Positions 1-10,604 are shown, numbered from the stretch's first letter. The stretch is DNA of 64,000 nucleotides from Faecousia sp. (GCA_045646665.1 JAZRLE010000064.1:14-64013); one strand, 5' to 3'. Numbers and translations are program-made. Notes: a model not told the origin generated them from the sequence alone.

Positions 1-182
1 CCTCTATCGCAAAACAGCAGCAAAGTGTAGATTTACAAACCGGAAAGCAAGTGCAGCTGGAAGTCAAGGGTCGTCATGACCCCTGCATTGTCCCCCGGGC
101 TGTTCCCGTGGTGGAGGCCGCTGCCGCCATTGCCATTTATGATCTGATTTTGGGCAACACCCAAACTGACAGGAGAAAATAA
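1..182 (+). CDS. aroC: Chorismate synthase, 3' end (partial)
   Basis: Frame from base 3 reads ...[18 protein letters not shown]..., the AroC C-terminal signature; TAA at 180-182; upstream of pheA. Confidence 0.92.
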   Translation, partial: SIAKQQQSVDLQTGKQVQLEVKGRHDPCIVPRAVPVVEAAAAIAIYDLILGNTQTDRRK

Positions 183-184
183 TC

Positions 185-1327
185 ATGGAATTGCAGGATC
201 TTCGTACTGAAATTGACCGTATTGACGATCAGCTGGTAAAGCTTTTCGCCCAGCGGATGGACATTGCCGCCCAAATCGGTGACTATAAAAAGGCTCGGAA
301 TCTTCCTGTATTTGTCCCCGCCCGGGAACGGGAAAAGCTGCAGGATGTGGCAGAAAAAGCCGGCTCTGAAATGGCAAACTATACCCGGGTTCTGTACTCC
401 ATGCTTTTTGAACTGAGCCGCAGCTATCAAAGCAAGCGCAGCGACTCTCTTTCCGCCCTCTACCATCAGATCACCCAAGCCATCGAGACCACCCCCAAGC
501 TATTCCCCCAGGCACCCATGGTAGCCTGCCAGGGTGTGGAGGGCGCATTCTCCCAGATCGCCTGCGAGAAGATCTTCAAGTCCCCCTTCATTCTCTACTT
601 CAAGAATTTTGAGGGTGTTTTCAACGCCATCGAAAAGGGCCTGTGCCAGTACGGCATCCTGCCCATTGAAAATTCCACCGCAGGTTCCGTGAAAAAGGTC
701 TACGATCTGATGATCTCCCACAATTTCTCCATCGTCCGGACCTTCCGGATGAAGGTGGATCACAATTTGATTGCCAATCCCGGCGCAAAGCTTTCGGACA
801 TTAAAGATATCTATTCCCACGAACAGGCAATCAATCAATGCAGTGATTTTCTTGCAGGCATTCCCGGTTTAAAAATCATTCCTGTGGAAAATACCGCGGT
901 TGCCGCTAACATAGTAGCGCAATCGGACAGAATGGATATTGCCGCCATTTCCAGTCACACCTGCGAGGAGCTTTACGGACTGAAAAGTCTTGCCGATTCC
1001 GTACAGGATAAGGGTAACAACCGTACCCGTTTTATCTGCATCAGCAAGAATCTGGAGATCTATCCCGGTTCAGATAAGACCAGCATTATGATGATCCTAT
1101 CCCACAAACCCGGTGCGCTGTATCGTGTGCTTGCCCGGATGTATGTGTTGGGTATCAATGTGATCAAACTGGAATCCAGACCCATCCCGGAGCGTGATTT
1201 TGAGTTTATGTTCTATTTCGATCTGGAGACATCCATCTACTCAGAAGAGTTCGTTCAGCTCATGTGCGAGCTGGATGATCTCTGCGAAGAATTTAAGTAT
1301 CTTGGAAGCTACACCGAGGTGGTATAA
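185..1327 (+). CDS. pheA: Chorismate mutase/prephenate dehydratase
   Basis: N-terminal CM domain (LRTEIDRIDDQL), PIENSTAG, NRTRF, ACT domain with KLESRP. Confidence 0.95.
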   Translation: MELQDLRTEIDRIDDQLVKLFAQRMDIAAQIGDYKKARNLPVFVPAREREKLQDVAEKAGSEMANYTRVLYSMLFELSRSYQSKRSDSLSALYHQITQAIETTPKLFPQAPMVACQGVEGAFSQIACEKIFKSPFILYFKNFEGVFNAIEKGLCQYGILPIENSTAGSVKKVYDLMISHNFSIVRTFRMKVDHNLIANPGAKLSDIKDIYSHEQAINQCSDFLAGIPGLKIIPVENTAVAANIVAQSDRMDIAAISSHTCEELYGLKSLADSVQDKGNNRTRFICISKNLEIYPGSDKTSIMMILSHKPGALYRVLARMYVLGINVIKLESRPIPERDFEFMFYFDLETSIYSEEFVQLMCELDDLCEEFKYLGSYTEVV

Positions 1328-2547
1328 TGAACTGCGGTTTACTGGGAAAATCTCTTTCCCACAGCTATTCCCCTCAGATTCACAGCTATTTGGGCAGTTA
1401 TTCCTACGAACTGTTTGAAAAACAACCTGAGGAATTGGAGGATTTTCTGCACAACGGGGATTTTACCGGCATCAATGTAACTATCCCCTACAAAAAAGAT
1501 GTGATCCCCTATTGTACCGAATTGTCTGAATATGCGAAGAAACTTGGTGCAGTTAACACCATCGTCCGTCGCGCTGACGGAACACTGATCGGTCATAACA
1601 CAGACTATTTCGGCTTTCGCAGTATGGTTGACCGTACCGGTCTGTCTGTAACAGAAAAAAAGGTTCTTGTATTGGGTAGCGGCGGTGCTTCTGTAACGGC
1701 TGTTTCGGTTTTACAAGAACTGGGCGCAGATGTTGTAGTGATTTCCCGAACCGGAGATAATCATTATGGCAACTTGCATCTACACAAAGACGCAGCCGTT
1801 ATCGTCAACACGACACCGGTAGGTATGTACCCAAACACCGGCGTTTCCCCTATTGATCTGGACCTGTTCCCCTGCCTGGAGGGAATTTGGGATATCATTT
1901 ATAATCCTGCAAAAACACAGCTTTTATTGGATGCAGAAGAACGGAATATTCCATACGAGAACGGTCTTTGGATGCTGGTAGCACAAGCAAAGGAAGCTGC
2001 TGAATGGTTTTTAGGTGAGAAGATCAGCGATGATGTAATCGCCCAAATCCACCAAAAACTTTGCAAGCAGATGGAAAATATCATTCTTGTCGGTATGCCA
2101 GGATGTGGAAAATCCACTGTTGGACGACTTGTTGCCACACTGACTAAAAAACAATTTGTGGATGCAGATACCAAAATTATCCGTGCAGCACAAATGTCGA
2201 TACCGGAAATTTTCCAAAAAGAAGGTGAAGATGGTTTTCGCAAATGGGAAACCAAAGTTTTGCAGGAACTTGGTAAGCAATCCGGTTTGGTAATTGCAAC
2301 CGGTGGCGGTTGTGTTACACGGGATGAAAACTATCCATTATTACACCAAAACGGCAAGATCTATTGGCTGCAAAGAAATTTGACTTCACTTACGACCGAT
2401 GGCAGACCTCTTTCACAGAACGGCAAGTTGGAACAAATGTGGCTAATTCGCAAACCGTTGTATGAAAAATTTGCTGACTTTTCTGTATCAAACAACGAAT
2501 CACCGGAACAAACCGCGACAGAAATCTCAAGAAGGTGGAATGTATGA
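1327..2547 (+). CDS. aroE: Shikimate dehydrogenase-shikimate kinase fusion (AroE-AroK)
   Basis: SHSYSP, NVTIPYK, GAVNT, NTD, GSGGA motifs followed by kinase P-loop GMPGCGKS and ATGGG. Confidence 0.93.
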   Translation: MNCGLLGKSLSHSYSPQIHSYLGSYSYELFEKQPEELEDFLHNGDFTGINVTIPYKKDVIPYCTELSEYAKKLGAVNTIVRRADGTLIGHNTDYFGFRSMVDRTGLSVTEKKVLVLGSGGASVTAVSVLQELGADVVVISRTGDNHYGNLHLHKDAAVIVNTTPVGMYPNTGVSPIDLDLFPCLEGIWDIIYNPAKTQLLLDAEERNIPYENGLWMLVAQAKEAAEWFLGEKISDDVIAQIHQKLCKQMENIILVGMPGCGKSTVGRLVATLTKKQFVDADTKIIRAAQMSIPEIFQKEGEDGFRKWETKVLQELGKQSGLVIATGGGCVTRDENYPLLHQNGKIYWLQRNLTSLTTDGRPLSQNGKLEQMWLIRKPLYEKFADFSVSNNESPEQTATEISRRWNV

Positions 2548-2978
2548 AAATACTGGTAATCAATGGTCCGAATATCAATATGCTTGGAATCCGTGAACCG
2601 GGTATCTACGGCAAGCAGAGCTTCCAGGATTTGCTTTGTCTCTTGGAGCAAACTGCAATGGAACTGAATATAGAGCTTGAACAATATCAATCCAATCACG
2701 AGGGTGATTTGGTGGACAGCATTCAAGCGGCATATGGCAATACCGATGGGATCGTGATCAATCCAGCTGCGTATACACACACCTCGGTGGCAATTCTCGA
2801 TGCGCTGAAATCCGTCGCAATTCCAGCCGTGGAGGTACACATTTCCGATGTGGATACGCGGGAGGCATTTCGGCAAATATCCTATGCCGGTCTTGCTTGT
2901 GAAAAAACTATAAAAGGACAAGGCTTGGACGGTTACCATCAAGCGATCGTATACCTAGTCAACAAATACAGAAAATAA
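2544..2978 (+). CDS. aroQ: Type II 3-dehydroquinate dehydratase
   Basis: INGPNINMLGIREPGIYG, QSNHEG, NPAAYTHTS, EVHIS. Confidence 0.96.
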   Translation: MKILVINGPNINMLGIREPGIYGKQSFQDLLCLLEQTAMELNIELEQYQSNHEGDLVDSIQAAYGNTDGIVINPAAYTHTSVAILDALKSVAIPAVEVHISDVDTREAFRQISYAGLACEKTIKGQGLDGYHQAIVYLVNKYRK

Positions 2979-2980
2979 AT

Positions 2981-3010
2981 AAACATCCACCGGTTTCGGT
3001 GGATGTTTTT
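2981..3010. terminator. Bidirectional intrinsic terminator
   Basis: AAACATCCACCG-GTTT-CGGTGGATGTTT between convergent genes. Confidence 0.8.
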
Positions 3011-3480
3011 TACAGATAACAACATAAAGTACAGCTGTTTTGGGTAATGGTTCCGTCAAGATAAACCGCAGAATCCGATATCTGACGAAAACCACACTTG
3101 TTATGCACTTTTAAGGATGCACGGTTGCGCTTATCCACATGGGAATACACCGCCTTACACCCTCTTGACTGCAGATCGTGCAGCATTTCGGCAACAAGCT
3201 TGGTAGCATATCCCCGCCTGCGGGCATTCGGCGCCGTCTCCAATGCCGTTAATAAAAGTCCGTCACGGTAGGGTTCTAAACGCAATGCGCTTTGATACAC
3301 ACCATCTGCAACCCACACAGCACAGAATCCATCTCGTTGTCGGAAGAAATCCTCACGAAGATAAGAAAGGAAGTCATCCTCAGATCTCTTAACTCTCTCA
3401 TTTCTGCAAAAATTTTCAGCATAAACGGACAAAATCTGATCAATATTCAGTTCTGACATTGCATTTATGATTTTCAACAT
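3010..3480 (-). CDS. GNAT family N-acetyltransferase
   Basis: Acetyl-CoA motif ARRRGYAT and NxAS..KCGF; start uncertain (3480 or 3498). Confidence 0.8.
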   Translation of the reverse strand: MLKIINAMSELNIDQILSVYAENFCRNERVKRSEDDFLSYLREDFFRQRDGFCAVWVADGVYQSALRLEPYRDGLLLTALETAPNARRRGYATKLVAEMLHDLQSRGCKAVYSHVDKRNRASLKVHNKCGFRQISDSAVYLDGTITQNSCTLCCYL

Positions 3481-3490
3481 AGATCGTGAG

Positions 3491-3584
3491 TTTTCCACAG
3501 TTTTAGGTTAAAATCCTGTCAAATTACGGCGAATAACCGTATATATACAAGGGGTTATTCACATTTTCCACAGGCTTATCAACA
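3491..3584 (+). promoter_or_regulatory. Cluster of DnaA-box-like 9-mers
   Basis: TTTTCCACA (3491), TTATTCACA (3555), TTTTCCACA (3564), TTATCAACA (3576), each one mismatch from TTATCCACA and co-oriented; perfect box at 3131. Confidence 0.55.
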
Positions 3585-3698
3585 ATTACCATTAAAATGT
3601 TTCCAAATATTCGACAAATTCCGCAAAGTCCAAACTTTTTAAAACCAAGACAAGTTACAACCGTTAACAACTTTGTAATAGCACATAAATATTATGCA

Positions 3699-4715
3699 TC
3701 AAAGCGCCTCACCAAGAATGGATTTTGTTGCGTAGGCATTCAGTGACATATCCGCAATATTGCCGGAAAGATACTCATAATAAGCCTGTGCACCGATCAT
3801 CGCCGCATTGTCACCACACAAAGAAAGGGGCGGCAGATAAACCTCAGCATCCAGCTTTTCGGCTGCCTGTAACAGGTCCTTGCGTATCCGCGAATTCGCA
3901 GCAACACCGCCGGCAACGGCCAATTTTCTGTGACCGGTCTGTTCCAATGCCATCATTACCCGGGGCACAAGTGTGTCCGAAACCGCACGGCAAAAAGATG
4001 CGCACAAACTGTTTACATCCAGTTCCTCACCGATTTGTTCCGCGTGATGGATAAGGTTAAGGGTAGCGGTTTTCAAACCGGAAAAACTCATATCATAGGG
4101 GTTTGCACCGGGTTTTGAGCGGGGAAGGTCGTATTTGGTATCATCCCCTACACAAGCCGCTTTATCCAATGCTGCACCGCCGGGATAGGGCATTCCCAAC
4201 ACACGGCCGACTTTGTCAAAGCACTCACCTGCTGCATCATCCAAAGTTGTACCCAAAATTTCCATTTTGGTATAATCCTGCACATCCACCAACATAGTAT
4301 GACCACCGGACACCACAAGACACAAAAACGGAGGTTTCAATTCCGGGTATGCAATATAATTTGCCGCAATGTGACCACGAATATGGTGCACCGGAATTAA
4401 TGGCTTACCCAGTGTCAGTGCTGCAGCTTTGGCAAAATTCACACCCACCAAAACAGCACCGATCAGTCCCGGCGCATAAGTCACCGCAACCGCATCGATA
4501 TCTCCGCGGGACAAACCGGTTTTTTGCAATGCCTGATCTGCCAGACCAAAGATTGCCTCAATGTGCATACGGGAAGCGATTTCCGGAACAACACCGCCGT
4601 AAACACGGTGCAGATCAACTTGCGATGCAATACAATCTGTCAGAACATTGCGACCGTCGGCTACGATAGCAACAGCAGTTTCGTCGCAAGAGGATTCAAT
4701 CGCCAATATATTCAC
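3699..4715 (-). CDS. tsaD: tRNA N6-adenosine threonylcarbamoyltransferase
   Basis: IESSCDET, GGVVPEIASR, HHIRGH, VSGGHT, DDAAGE, GDNAAMI. Confidence 0.97.
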   Translation of the reverse strand: MNILAIESSCDETAVAIVADGRNVLTDCIASQVDLHRVYGGVVPEIASRMHIEAIFGLADQALQKTGLSRGDIDAVAVTYAPGLIGAVLVGVNFAKAAALTLGKPLIPVHHIRGHIAANYIAYPELKPPFLCLVVSGGHTMLVDVQDYTKMEILGTTLDDAAGECFDKVGRVLGMPYPGGAALDKAACVGDDTKYDLPRSKPGANPYDMSFSGLKTATLNLIHHAEQIGEELDVNSLCASFCRAVSDTLVPRVMMALEQTGHRKLAVAGGVAANSRIRKDLLQAAEKLDAEVYLPPLSLCGDNAAMIGAQAYYEYLSGNIADMSLNAYATKSILGEAL

Positions 4716-5152
4716 TTGACCAGCTCCTTTCGCAGAATCAATGCATCTTCCCGGGGATTCGTGTAATATCGCGGTCTGCGACCCACCTGTTCGAATCCCA
4801 ACTTTTCATACATTGCAATTGCGGATGCATTGGAAACACGCACTTCCAATAGTAAGAACGCAATTTGTTTCTTTTGCAGTCGCTCAATAAGTCCATAGAC
4901 AAGCATCTGTCCAATACCCTGCCGCCGGTATTCCGGTGCAATCGCAATATTCATCATATCCGCGCTGTCCAGCACAGCTTCAGAACCAACATATCCGACA
5001 ACACATCCGTCTACATCGGCCACTAACCAACAGGATAAGCGGCTTTCCAGGGAGGATATGATCATATTCTCGCTCCAAGGAGCCGAAAAGCATCGCTTTT
5101 CCAACTCCGCGACAAAGGGAACATCCTCCGGTTTCATTTCTCTGATTATCAT
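4712..5152 (-). CDS. rimI: Ribosomal-protein-alanine N-acetyltransferase
   Basis: GNAT with LEVRVSN..A..MYEKLGF..GRRPRYY..EDA; adjacent to tsaD. Confidence 0.92.
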   Translation of the reverse strand: MIIREMKPEDVPFVAELEKRCFSAPWSENMIISSLESRLSCWLVADVDGCVVGYVGSEAVLDSADMMNIAIAPEYRRQGIGQMLVYGLIERLQKKQIAFLLLEVRVSNASAIAMYEKLGFEQVGRRPRYYTNPREDALILRKELVK

Positions 5153-7678
5153 TTATTTAGCCTCATACCAACTGTTTCCCCACTTTGCCTCAGCGAGCAA
5201 GGGCACTTTCAATGCAGCAACCTGTTCCATTTGGTTGCTGATAAGCTCTGCAACTTGCGGGGCAATTTCAGCCGGACATTCTACGATCAATTCATCGTGC
5301 ACCTGCAGCAGAAGTTTTGCCTGTGGAAAATGCTCTGCAAGCGCCTGATCTACGCGGATCATTGCCAATTTTATCAAATCCGCCGCTGTACCCTGAATGG
5401 GAGTATTCAGTGCAATACGCTCAGCACCTTGACGGATGTTGAAATTGGAGCTTTTCAGTTCGGGGATCCAACGCCGTCTGCCATAAAGCGTTTGGGTATA
5501 GCCAATCTGACCGGCATCCTCGACCACCTGCTTCATATAGGCGCGTACGCCCTTATAATTGGCAAGGTAGCTGTCGATATATGCCTTGGCTTCGTAACGA
5601 CTGACACCGATGTCCTCTGCTAACGAGAATTCAGAAATACCGTAAACGATACCAAAATTGACCGCTTTTGCGTGGCGGCGCTGTAACGGTGTCACCTGTT
5701 CGGCAGGTACACCAAACACCTGCGATGCAGTGACTGTGTGAATGTCCATACCGCCCAAGAAAGCATCGCACATCTGCGCATCGTCGGCAATGTGTGCAAG
5801 TACGCGCAATTCGATCTGGCTGTAGTCAGCATCCACCAACACACAACCCGGCGCAGGAATAAACATCTTCCGGATCTCGGCACCCAAATCATTGCGAACC
5901 GGAATGTTTTGCAGATTCGGTTCCGTGGAGGAAAGCCGACCGGTTGCAGTAACCAAATTTTGGAAAGTCGTGTGGATCCTGCCGTCATCTCCAATGGTTT
6001 TAATCAATCCATCAGCATAGGTGGATTTCAGCTTTGTCAACATTCTGTAATCCATAATGGCAGGAATAATCGGATGCTTGTCCTTCAATTTTTCCAGCAC
6101 ATCGGCATTGGTAGAGTATCCGGTCTTAGTCTTTTTCACAGGGGGAAGACTCAGTTTTTCAAATAACAATTCACCCAATTGTTTTGTAGAATTGATATTG
6201 AAAGGACCTTCAGAATAGCCAAAAATCATGGTTTCGCAATCGACAATCCGCTGTGAAAGCATTTGACCAAACTGCTGCAGTTGCTGGCTATCAATTGCTA
6301 CACCGGCGCATTCCATACGGTAAAGCACAGGACACAGGGGCAGTTCAATCTCATAATAGAGCTTATCCATCCCCTGCTTTTTCAGTTCTTCCTCTAAAAC
6401 AGGTCGCAAATGCCAAAGTGCTTCTGCGCAACCGGCAGCATCGCCATCGTCCACAGTCAATCCCAGGAAATTTGTTGCCAGCTTAGAAACAGAGTAATCA
6501 GAGGAAGTCGGATTTAGATTGTAGGACGCCAACGCTGTATCAAAGACAAATTCACAGGAACTGATTCCAACAGAATCAAGCGCGTGCATCGTGGTCTTCA
6601 TATCGTGGCAAATATGCTTACCAACCGGGAGCTGTACACCCATTTGTGCCTCCAGCGGTGTCAGGGTGCACACACCATCGGCGCAGGCAATGCCAAGTGT
6701 TCCGTCCGGTGCCAAATATACCGCGCAATCGGTATCTTCACAAGGAACGCAATCCATTTGAGAAAGCTTTTCGATCTGCTTGACAGGCTTCTCTACAGCA
6801 ACAGCAGCTCCCCGCAGACCATATTTATCTATCAAGCGAACAAATTCCAATTTTTGGAACAATGCATACAGTTCCGGCTTGTTATAGGGTTGTACAATCG
6901 CATCTTTCGGTTCAAAATCAATGGGCGCATTGCAGCGGATGGTCGCCAAATCATAGGAAAGATAGGCATTATCCTTTTCCGCTTCAAGTTTTTCACGAAG
7001 CTTTGGACGGATAGAAGCGTCCTGTAAATTCTCATAAATTCCATCCAAGGAACCAAATTTCAACAACAATTCCGTTGCTGTTTTGGGTCCCACACCGGCA
7101 ACACCGGGGATATTATCAGAGGAATCACCCATAAGCGCCTTGAGATCCACAAGTTTCCTCGGCTCAAAACCATATTCTTCGTGGAATTTTTCTTTATCAA
7201 ATAAAGTGGCTGTGGTCTGTCCCGGTTTGGAGATCACCAACTTGACATGGACATTTTCGTCAATCAACTGTAAGCTGTCACGGTCACCGGTAACGATCAC
7301 ACATTCCCAGCCATTGTTGCTGCAAATGCGACCTACAGTGCCGATCACATCATCAGCTTCCCATCCCTGACACTCATAAATCGGAATGTTCATTGCCTGC
7401 AAAACCTGCTTCATCACAGGCATCTGCTGCGCCAATTCTTCCGGCATACCGTGACGGTTTGCTTTATAACCGGCATACTTTTCGTGGCGGAAGGTAGGGC
7501 CATGGAGGTCAAAAGAAACACAAACCGCATCCGGCTGTTCTTCTTTCTCCATCCGCTCCAAAATATTCAAAAAGCCATAAATAGCATGCGTATAAAGCCC
7601 CTCCCGAGTGGTAAGGGGCTTTACACCAAAAAACGCTCTGTTTATGACACTGTTTCCATCCAGGATCAGCAGCTTCAT
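5153..7678 (-). CDS. polA: DNA polymerase I
   Basis: 5'-3' exonuclease (EADDVI, GDSSDNIPGV) and Pol A motifs (DYSQIELR, AKAVNFGIVYG, QVHDEL); ATG overlaps cysS stop (ATGA). Confidence 0.97.
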   Translation of the reverse strand: MKLLILDGNSVINRAFFGVKPLTTREGLYTHAIYGFLNILERMEKEEQPDAVCVSFDLHGPTFRHEKYAGYKANRHGMPEELAQQMPVMKQVLQAMNIPIYECQGWEADDVIGTVGRICSNNGWECVIVTGDRDSLQLIDENVHVKLVISKPGQTTATLFDKEKFHEEYGFEPRKLVDLKALMGDSSDNIPGVAGVGPKTATELLLKFGSLDGIYENLQDASIRPKLREKLEAEKDNAYLSYDLATIRCNAPIDFEPKDAIVQPYNKPELYALFQKLEFVRLIDKYGLRGAAVAVEKPVKQIEKLSQMDCVPCEDTDCAVYLAPDGTLGIACADGVCTLTPLEAQMGVQLPVGKHICHDMKTTMHALDSVGISSCEFVFDTALASYNLNPTSSDYSVSKLATNFLGLTVDDGDAAGCAEALWHLRPVLEEELKKQGMDKLYYEIELPLCPVLYRMECAGVAIDSQQLQQFGQMLSQRIVDCETMIFGYSEGPFNINSTKQLGELLFEKLSLPPVKKTKTGYSTNADVLEKLKDKHPIIPAIMDYRMLTKLKSTYADGLIKTIGDDGRIHTTFQNLVTATGRLSSTEPNLQNIPVRNDLGAEIRKMFIPAPGCVLVDADYSQIELRVLAHIADDAQMCDAFLGGMDIHTVTASQVFGVPAEQVTPLQRRHAKAVNFGIVYGISEFSLAEDIGVSRYEAKAYIDSYLANYKGVRAYMKQVVEDAGQIGYTQTLYGRRRWIPELKSSNFNIRQGAERIALNTPIQGTAADLIKLAMIRVDQALAEHFPQAKLLLQVHDELIVECPAEIAPQVAELISNQMEQVAALKVPLLAEAKWGNSWYEAK

Positions 7679-9090
7679 ACTTTTCTCCACTTTGCGCCCT
7701 GAGGGGTATCGATGATTTCAATACCACGGGCTTTCAATTCGTCACGAATGCGGTCAGCTTCTGCATAATTCTTGTCTTTCTTTGCTTGGGTACGGGCAGC
7801 AACCAAAGCATCAATCTCGGGGTCGGCAGATGCTGCAGCTTCCTCAGCCTGCTGCTTTTTGACCTTTTCCGCAGCTTTCAGCAGATTCAGGCTCAGCACC
7901 TGATCAAAGTCGGCAATGGCTGCCAACTTGGTGGCATCGGTGGTCTTAGCCTTCAGGGCATCATACAGCGCTGTAACAGCCAAAGAGGTGTTCAGATCGC
8001 CGTTTAATGCGCCGGTAAATTTCTCCTTCAGCGCTTGCAATGCAGCTTCATCCACATCGCCGCCATCCTGCAAGGTAGCAATCTTCGCGATCAGCTTATC
8101 GTAAGCAACCACTGCATTGTCCAGATTCTCCCAAGAGAACACAAGATTTCTGCGATAGTGGCTCTGCAGGCAGAACAGACGGTACGCCATAGGATCATAG
8201 CCCTTTTGCTCCAAAAGGCTCACCGTCAAGAATTCACCCTTGGACTTACTCATTTTACCGGTATCGGTATTGAGGTGATGCACATGGAACCAGTAATTGC
8301 ACCACTTGTGTCCCAGGAAACTCTCAGACTGCGCAATTTCATTGGTATGATGCGGGAAAGCATTATCAATACCACCGGCATGGATATCCAGATCTTCTCC
8401 CAGATACTTCATAGAAATGCCGGAGCACTCGATATGCCAGCCGGGATAACCAACGCCCCAGGGAGAATCCCACTTCAGCGCCTGATCCTCGAACTTACTC
8501 TTGGTAAACCACAGAACAAAGTCATTCTTATTGCGCTTGTTGGTGTCTTCCTCCACACCTTCGCGAACGCCGATTGCCAAATCTTCTTCATCGTGGTCAT
8601 TGAAGACATAATATTTATCCAGCTTAGATGTATCAAAATACACATTGCCGCCTGCAAAATAAGCAAAGCCTTTATCGATCAGACCGGAAACGATCTTGAT
8701 AAACTCATCAATACAACCGGTGGCAGGCTGGATGATCTCCGGCTTTTTGATGTTGAGTTTTTCACAATCAGCAAAAAACGCATCGGTGTAGAACTGCGCG
8801 ATCTCCATAACGGATTTATTCTCGCGTTTAGCGCCCTTCAGCATTTTATCCTCGCCGGTGTCGGCATCGGAAGCCAGATGACCCACATCCGTGATGTTCA
8901 TGACACGCTTGACATTATAGCCCATATAACGCAGGGTTTTTTCCAGCACATCTTCCATAATATAGGTGCGCAAATTACCGATATGGGCAAAATGGTACAC
9001 TGTGGGACCACAAGTGTACATCTTCACAACATCCGGAGAGTTGGGTTGAAACAGTTCTTTTTTATGGGACAAAGAGTTATAAAGATACAT
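7675..9090 (-). CDS. cysS: Cysteine-tRNA ligase
   Basis: CGPTVY, HIGN, PGWHIEC, KMSKS. Confidence 0.97.
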   Translation of the reverse strand: MYLYNSLSHKKELFQPNSPDVVKMYTCGPTVYHFAHIGNLRTYIMEDVLEKTLRYMGYNVKRVMNITDVGHLASDADTGEDKMLKGAKRENKSVMEIAQFYTDAFFADCEKLNIKKPEIIQPATGCIDEFIKIVSGLIDKGFAYFAGGNVYFDTSKLDKYYVFNDHDEEDLAIGVREGVEEDTNKRNKNDFVLWFTKSKFEDQALKWDSPWGVGYPGWHIECSGISMKYLGEDLDIHAGGIDNAFPHHTNEIAQSESFLGHKWCNYWFHVHHLNTDTGKMSKSKGEFLTVSLLEQKGYDPMAYRLFCLQSHYRRNLVFSWENLDNAVVAYDKLIAKIATLQDGGDVDEAALQALKEKFTGALNGDLNTSLAVTALYDALKAKTTDATKLAAIADFDQVLSLNLLKAAEKVKKQQAEEAAASADPEIDALVAARTQAKKDKNYAEADRIRDELKARGIEIIDTPQGAKWRKV

Positions 9091-9109
9091 AGAATTACCT
9101 CCTAAATAA

Positions 9110-9305
9110 TAAATAAACGCCTCTTATGCCACTGCACAAGAGGCGGGTCGATACAATCCGCGGTTCCACTCTCATTTATCACTCAAATACAAATTCGCTC
9201 CCGGACGCACTTTCCCACTGCCGACACCATCCGGGCTTACAGCCGACGACCCGAACTCTCTGAAGGATTGGTTATGGTACTCTTTCCGTTCACAGCGATA
9301 TTTAC
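9110..9305 (-). promoter_or_regulatory. T-box riboswitch (Cys) upstream of cysS
   Basis: Minus strand: AGAGA and GCTGTAA stem I motifs, UGC specifier (9207-9209), T-box AGAGTGGAACCGCG (9159-9172), terminator GCCTCTTGTGC...GCATAAGAGGC followed by T-run. Confidence 0.88.
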
Positions 9306-9441
9306 TTGCACATATTTTAGCATCTAAGGACTGCTTTTGTCAAGAATTACAGAACAAAAACATAAGAATATGATTGCCCAATTCCGGGAATTATGATATA
9401 GTATATGTAGTTATGTAAAATACCATCCGGAGGATCCGTTT

Positions 9442-10569
9442 ATGAAGAAAATTATCAGCATACTTTTGGTGGTTTGTCTTGTATTTTCCCTGGCAGCCTG
9501 CCGCAGGAAAAAGAAAGATCAGCAAACAGACAGCACCCCAGTAAACAACACACAAAGCTCTGCAAATATCGAACCAATTACAGAAAATACTGAGATGGTT
9601 GCTGTTTCCGTGCCTGCTGTTACAGAAGATACCCTTGCCGGTGATAACACAGTGGTGTTTCAGTACACTTATCAGCATATGTCTTTGATGCTGAACAAGC
9701 CGGATGTTGCTGACAAAATAATTCTCGACTTCCTCAACCGTGTAGACAGCACAAAAGAATCCGCCGACTCCATTGCTGCTATGGCAAAAACCGCATACAA
9801 CGGCAGCAAAAACTGGGTGCCGTACCTTTATCACATCACTTACAGCCCCACACGAATCGACCATAGCGTTCTGAGCCTTTTTGGCAACAATGTGGTATTC
9901 AGCGGCGCACCCCATCCGGAGCGCACCTGTGTGTCTGCCAGCTACGATCTGCAGACCGGTGATGTACTGACCCTCGCCAGCATTATGGACAAGAACGCAA
10001 CCGTCGATTCCTTCCGCAATCTGGTTTTCGATGGATTGACGGAGCTTGCCGAAGGCGATCATCTTTATGAAAACTACAAAGATACCGTCAAGCAGCGCTT
10101 TGATGGTGATGCCAGTCAGGACGAAGCCTGGTATTTCACACAAACCGGTCTTTGTTTCTATTTTGCGCCCTACGAAATTGCCCCCTACTCTTCCGGTGTG
10201 ATCACTGTAGAAATTCCCTATGAAAAGCTCACGGGTATTATCCACGAGGACTATCATCCCGAAAAGCGCAGCACCCCCCGCGGCGGCATTCAAATCACTC
10301 CCTTTGATAATACCAATGTAAACAATTTTGCTCACATAGCTGAGATTGTCACCAACAAATCCGGTACTATGTATATGGCACAAACCGATGGATATGTGCA
10401 GGATGTTCGAATCATTTTGAACGACACCGCTGGCAACTACACCGTCTTTGCCGCCAACTCCCTGATCCAAGGTAATGGTATAATGGTTCAAACAGATGAT
10501 ACAACCCGTCAAAAAATGAAATTGACCTACAAGAGCGGAAGCGAAACAGTAAACGCGACAATCGGATAA
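9442..10569 (+). CDS. Lipoprotein with DUF3298/RsiV-like domain
   Basis: Lipobox LAAC; C-terminal FAPYEIAPYSSG..VEIPY motif. Confidence 0.7.
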   Translation: MKKIISILLVVCLVFSLAACRRKKKDQQTDSTPVNNTQSSANIEPITENTEMVAVSVPAVTEDTLAGDNTVVFQYTYQHMSLMLNKPDVADKIILDFLNRVDSTKESADSIAAMAKTAYNGSKNWVPYLYHITYSPTRIDHSVLSLFGNNVVFSGAPHPERTCVSASYDLQTGDVLTLASIMDKNATVDSFRNLVFDGLTELAEGDHLYENYKDTVKQRFDGDASQDEAWYFTQTGLCFYFAPYEIAPYSSGVITVEIPYEKLTGIIHEDYHPEKRSTPRGGIQITPFDNTNVNNFAHIAEIVTNKSGTMYMAQTDGYVQDVRIILNDTAGNYTVFAANSLIQGNGIMVQTDDTTRQKMKLTYKSGSETVNATIG

Positions 10570-10604
10570 ATAGCCCCCCAACCCAGCAGGGTTGGGGGAC
10601 ATTT

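Noticed and set aside
1327-2547. AroE-AroK fusion as a novelty
   Set aside because: Such fusions are already familiar in Clostridia.
8035-9105. 356-aa plus-strand ORF
   Set aside because: Antisense shadow of cysS with no recognisable motifs.
9391-10602. 403-aa minus-strand ORF
   Set aside because: Antisense shadow of the lipoprotein gene.
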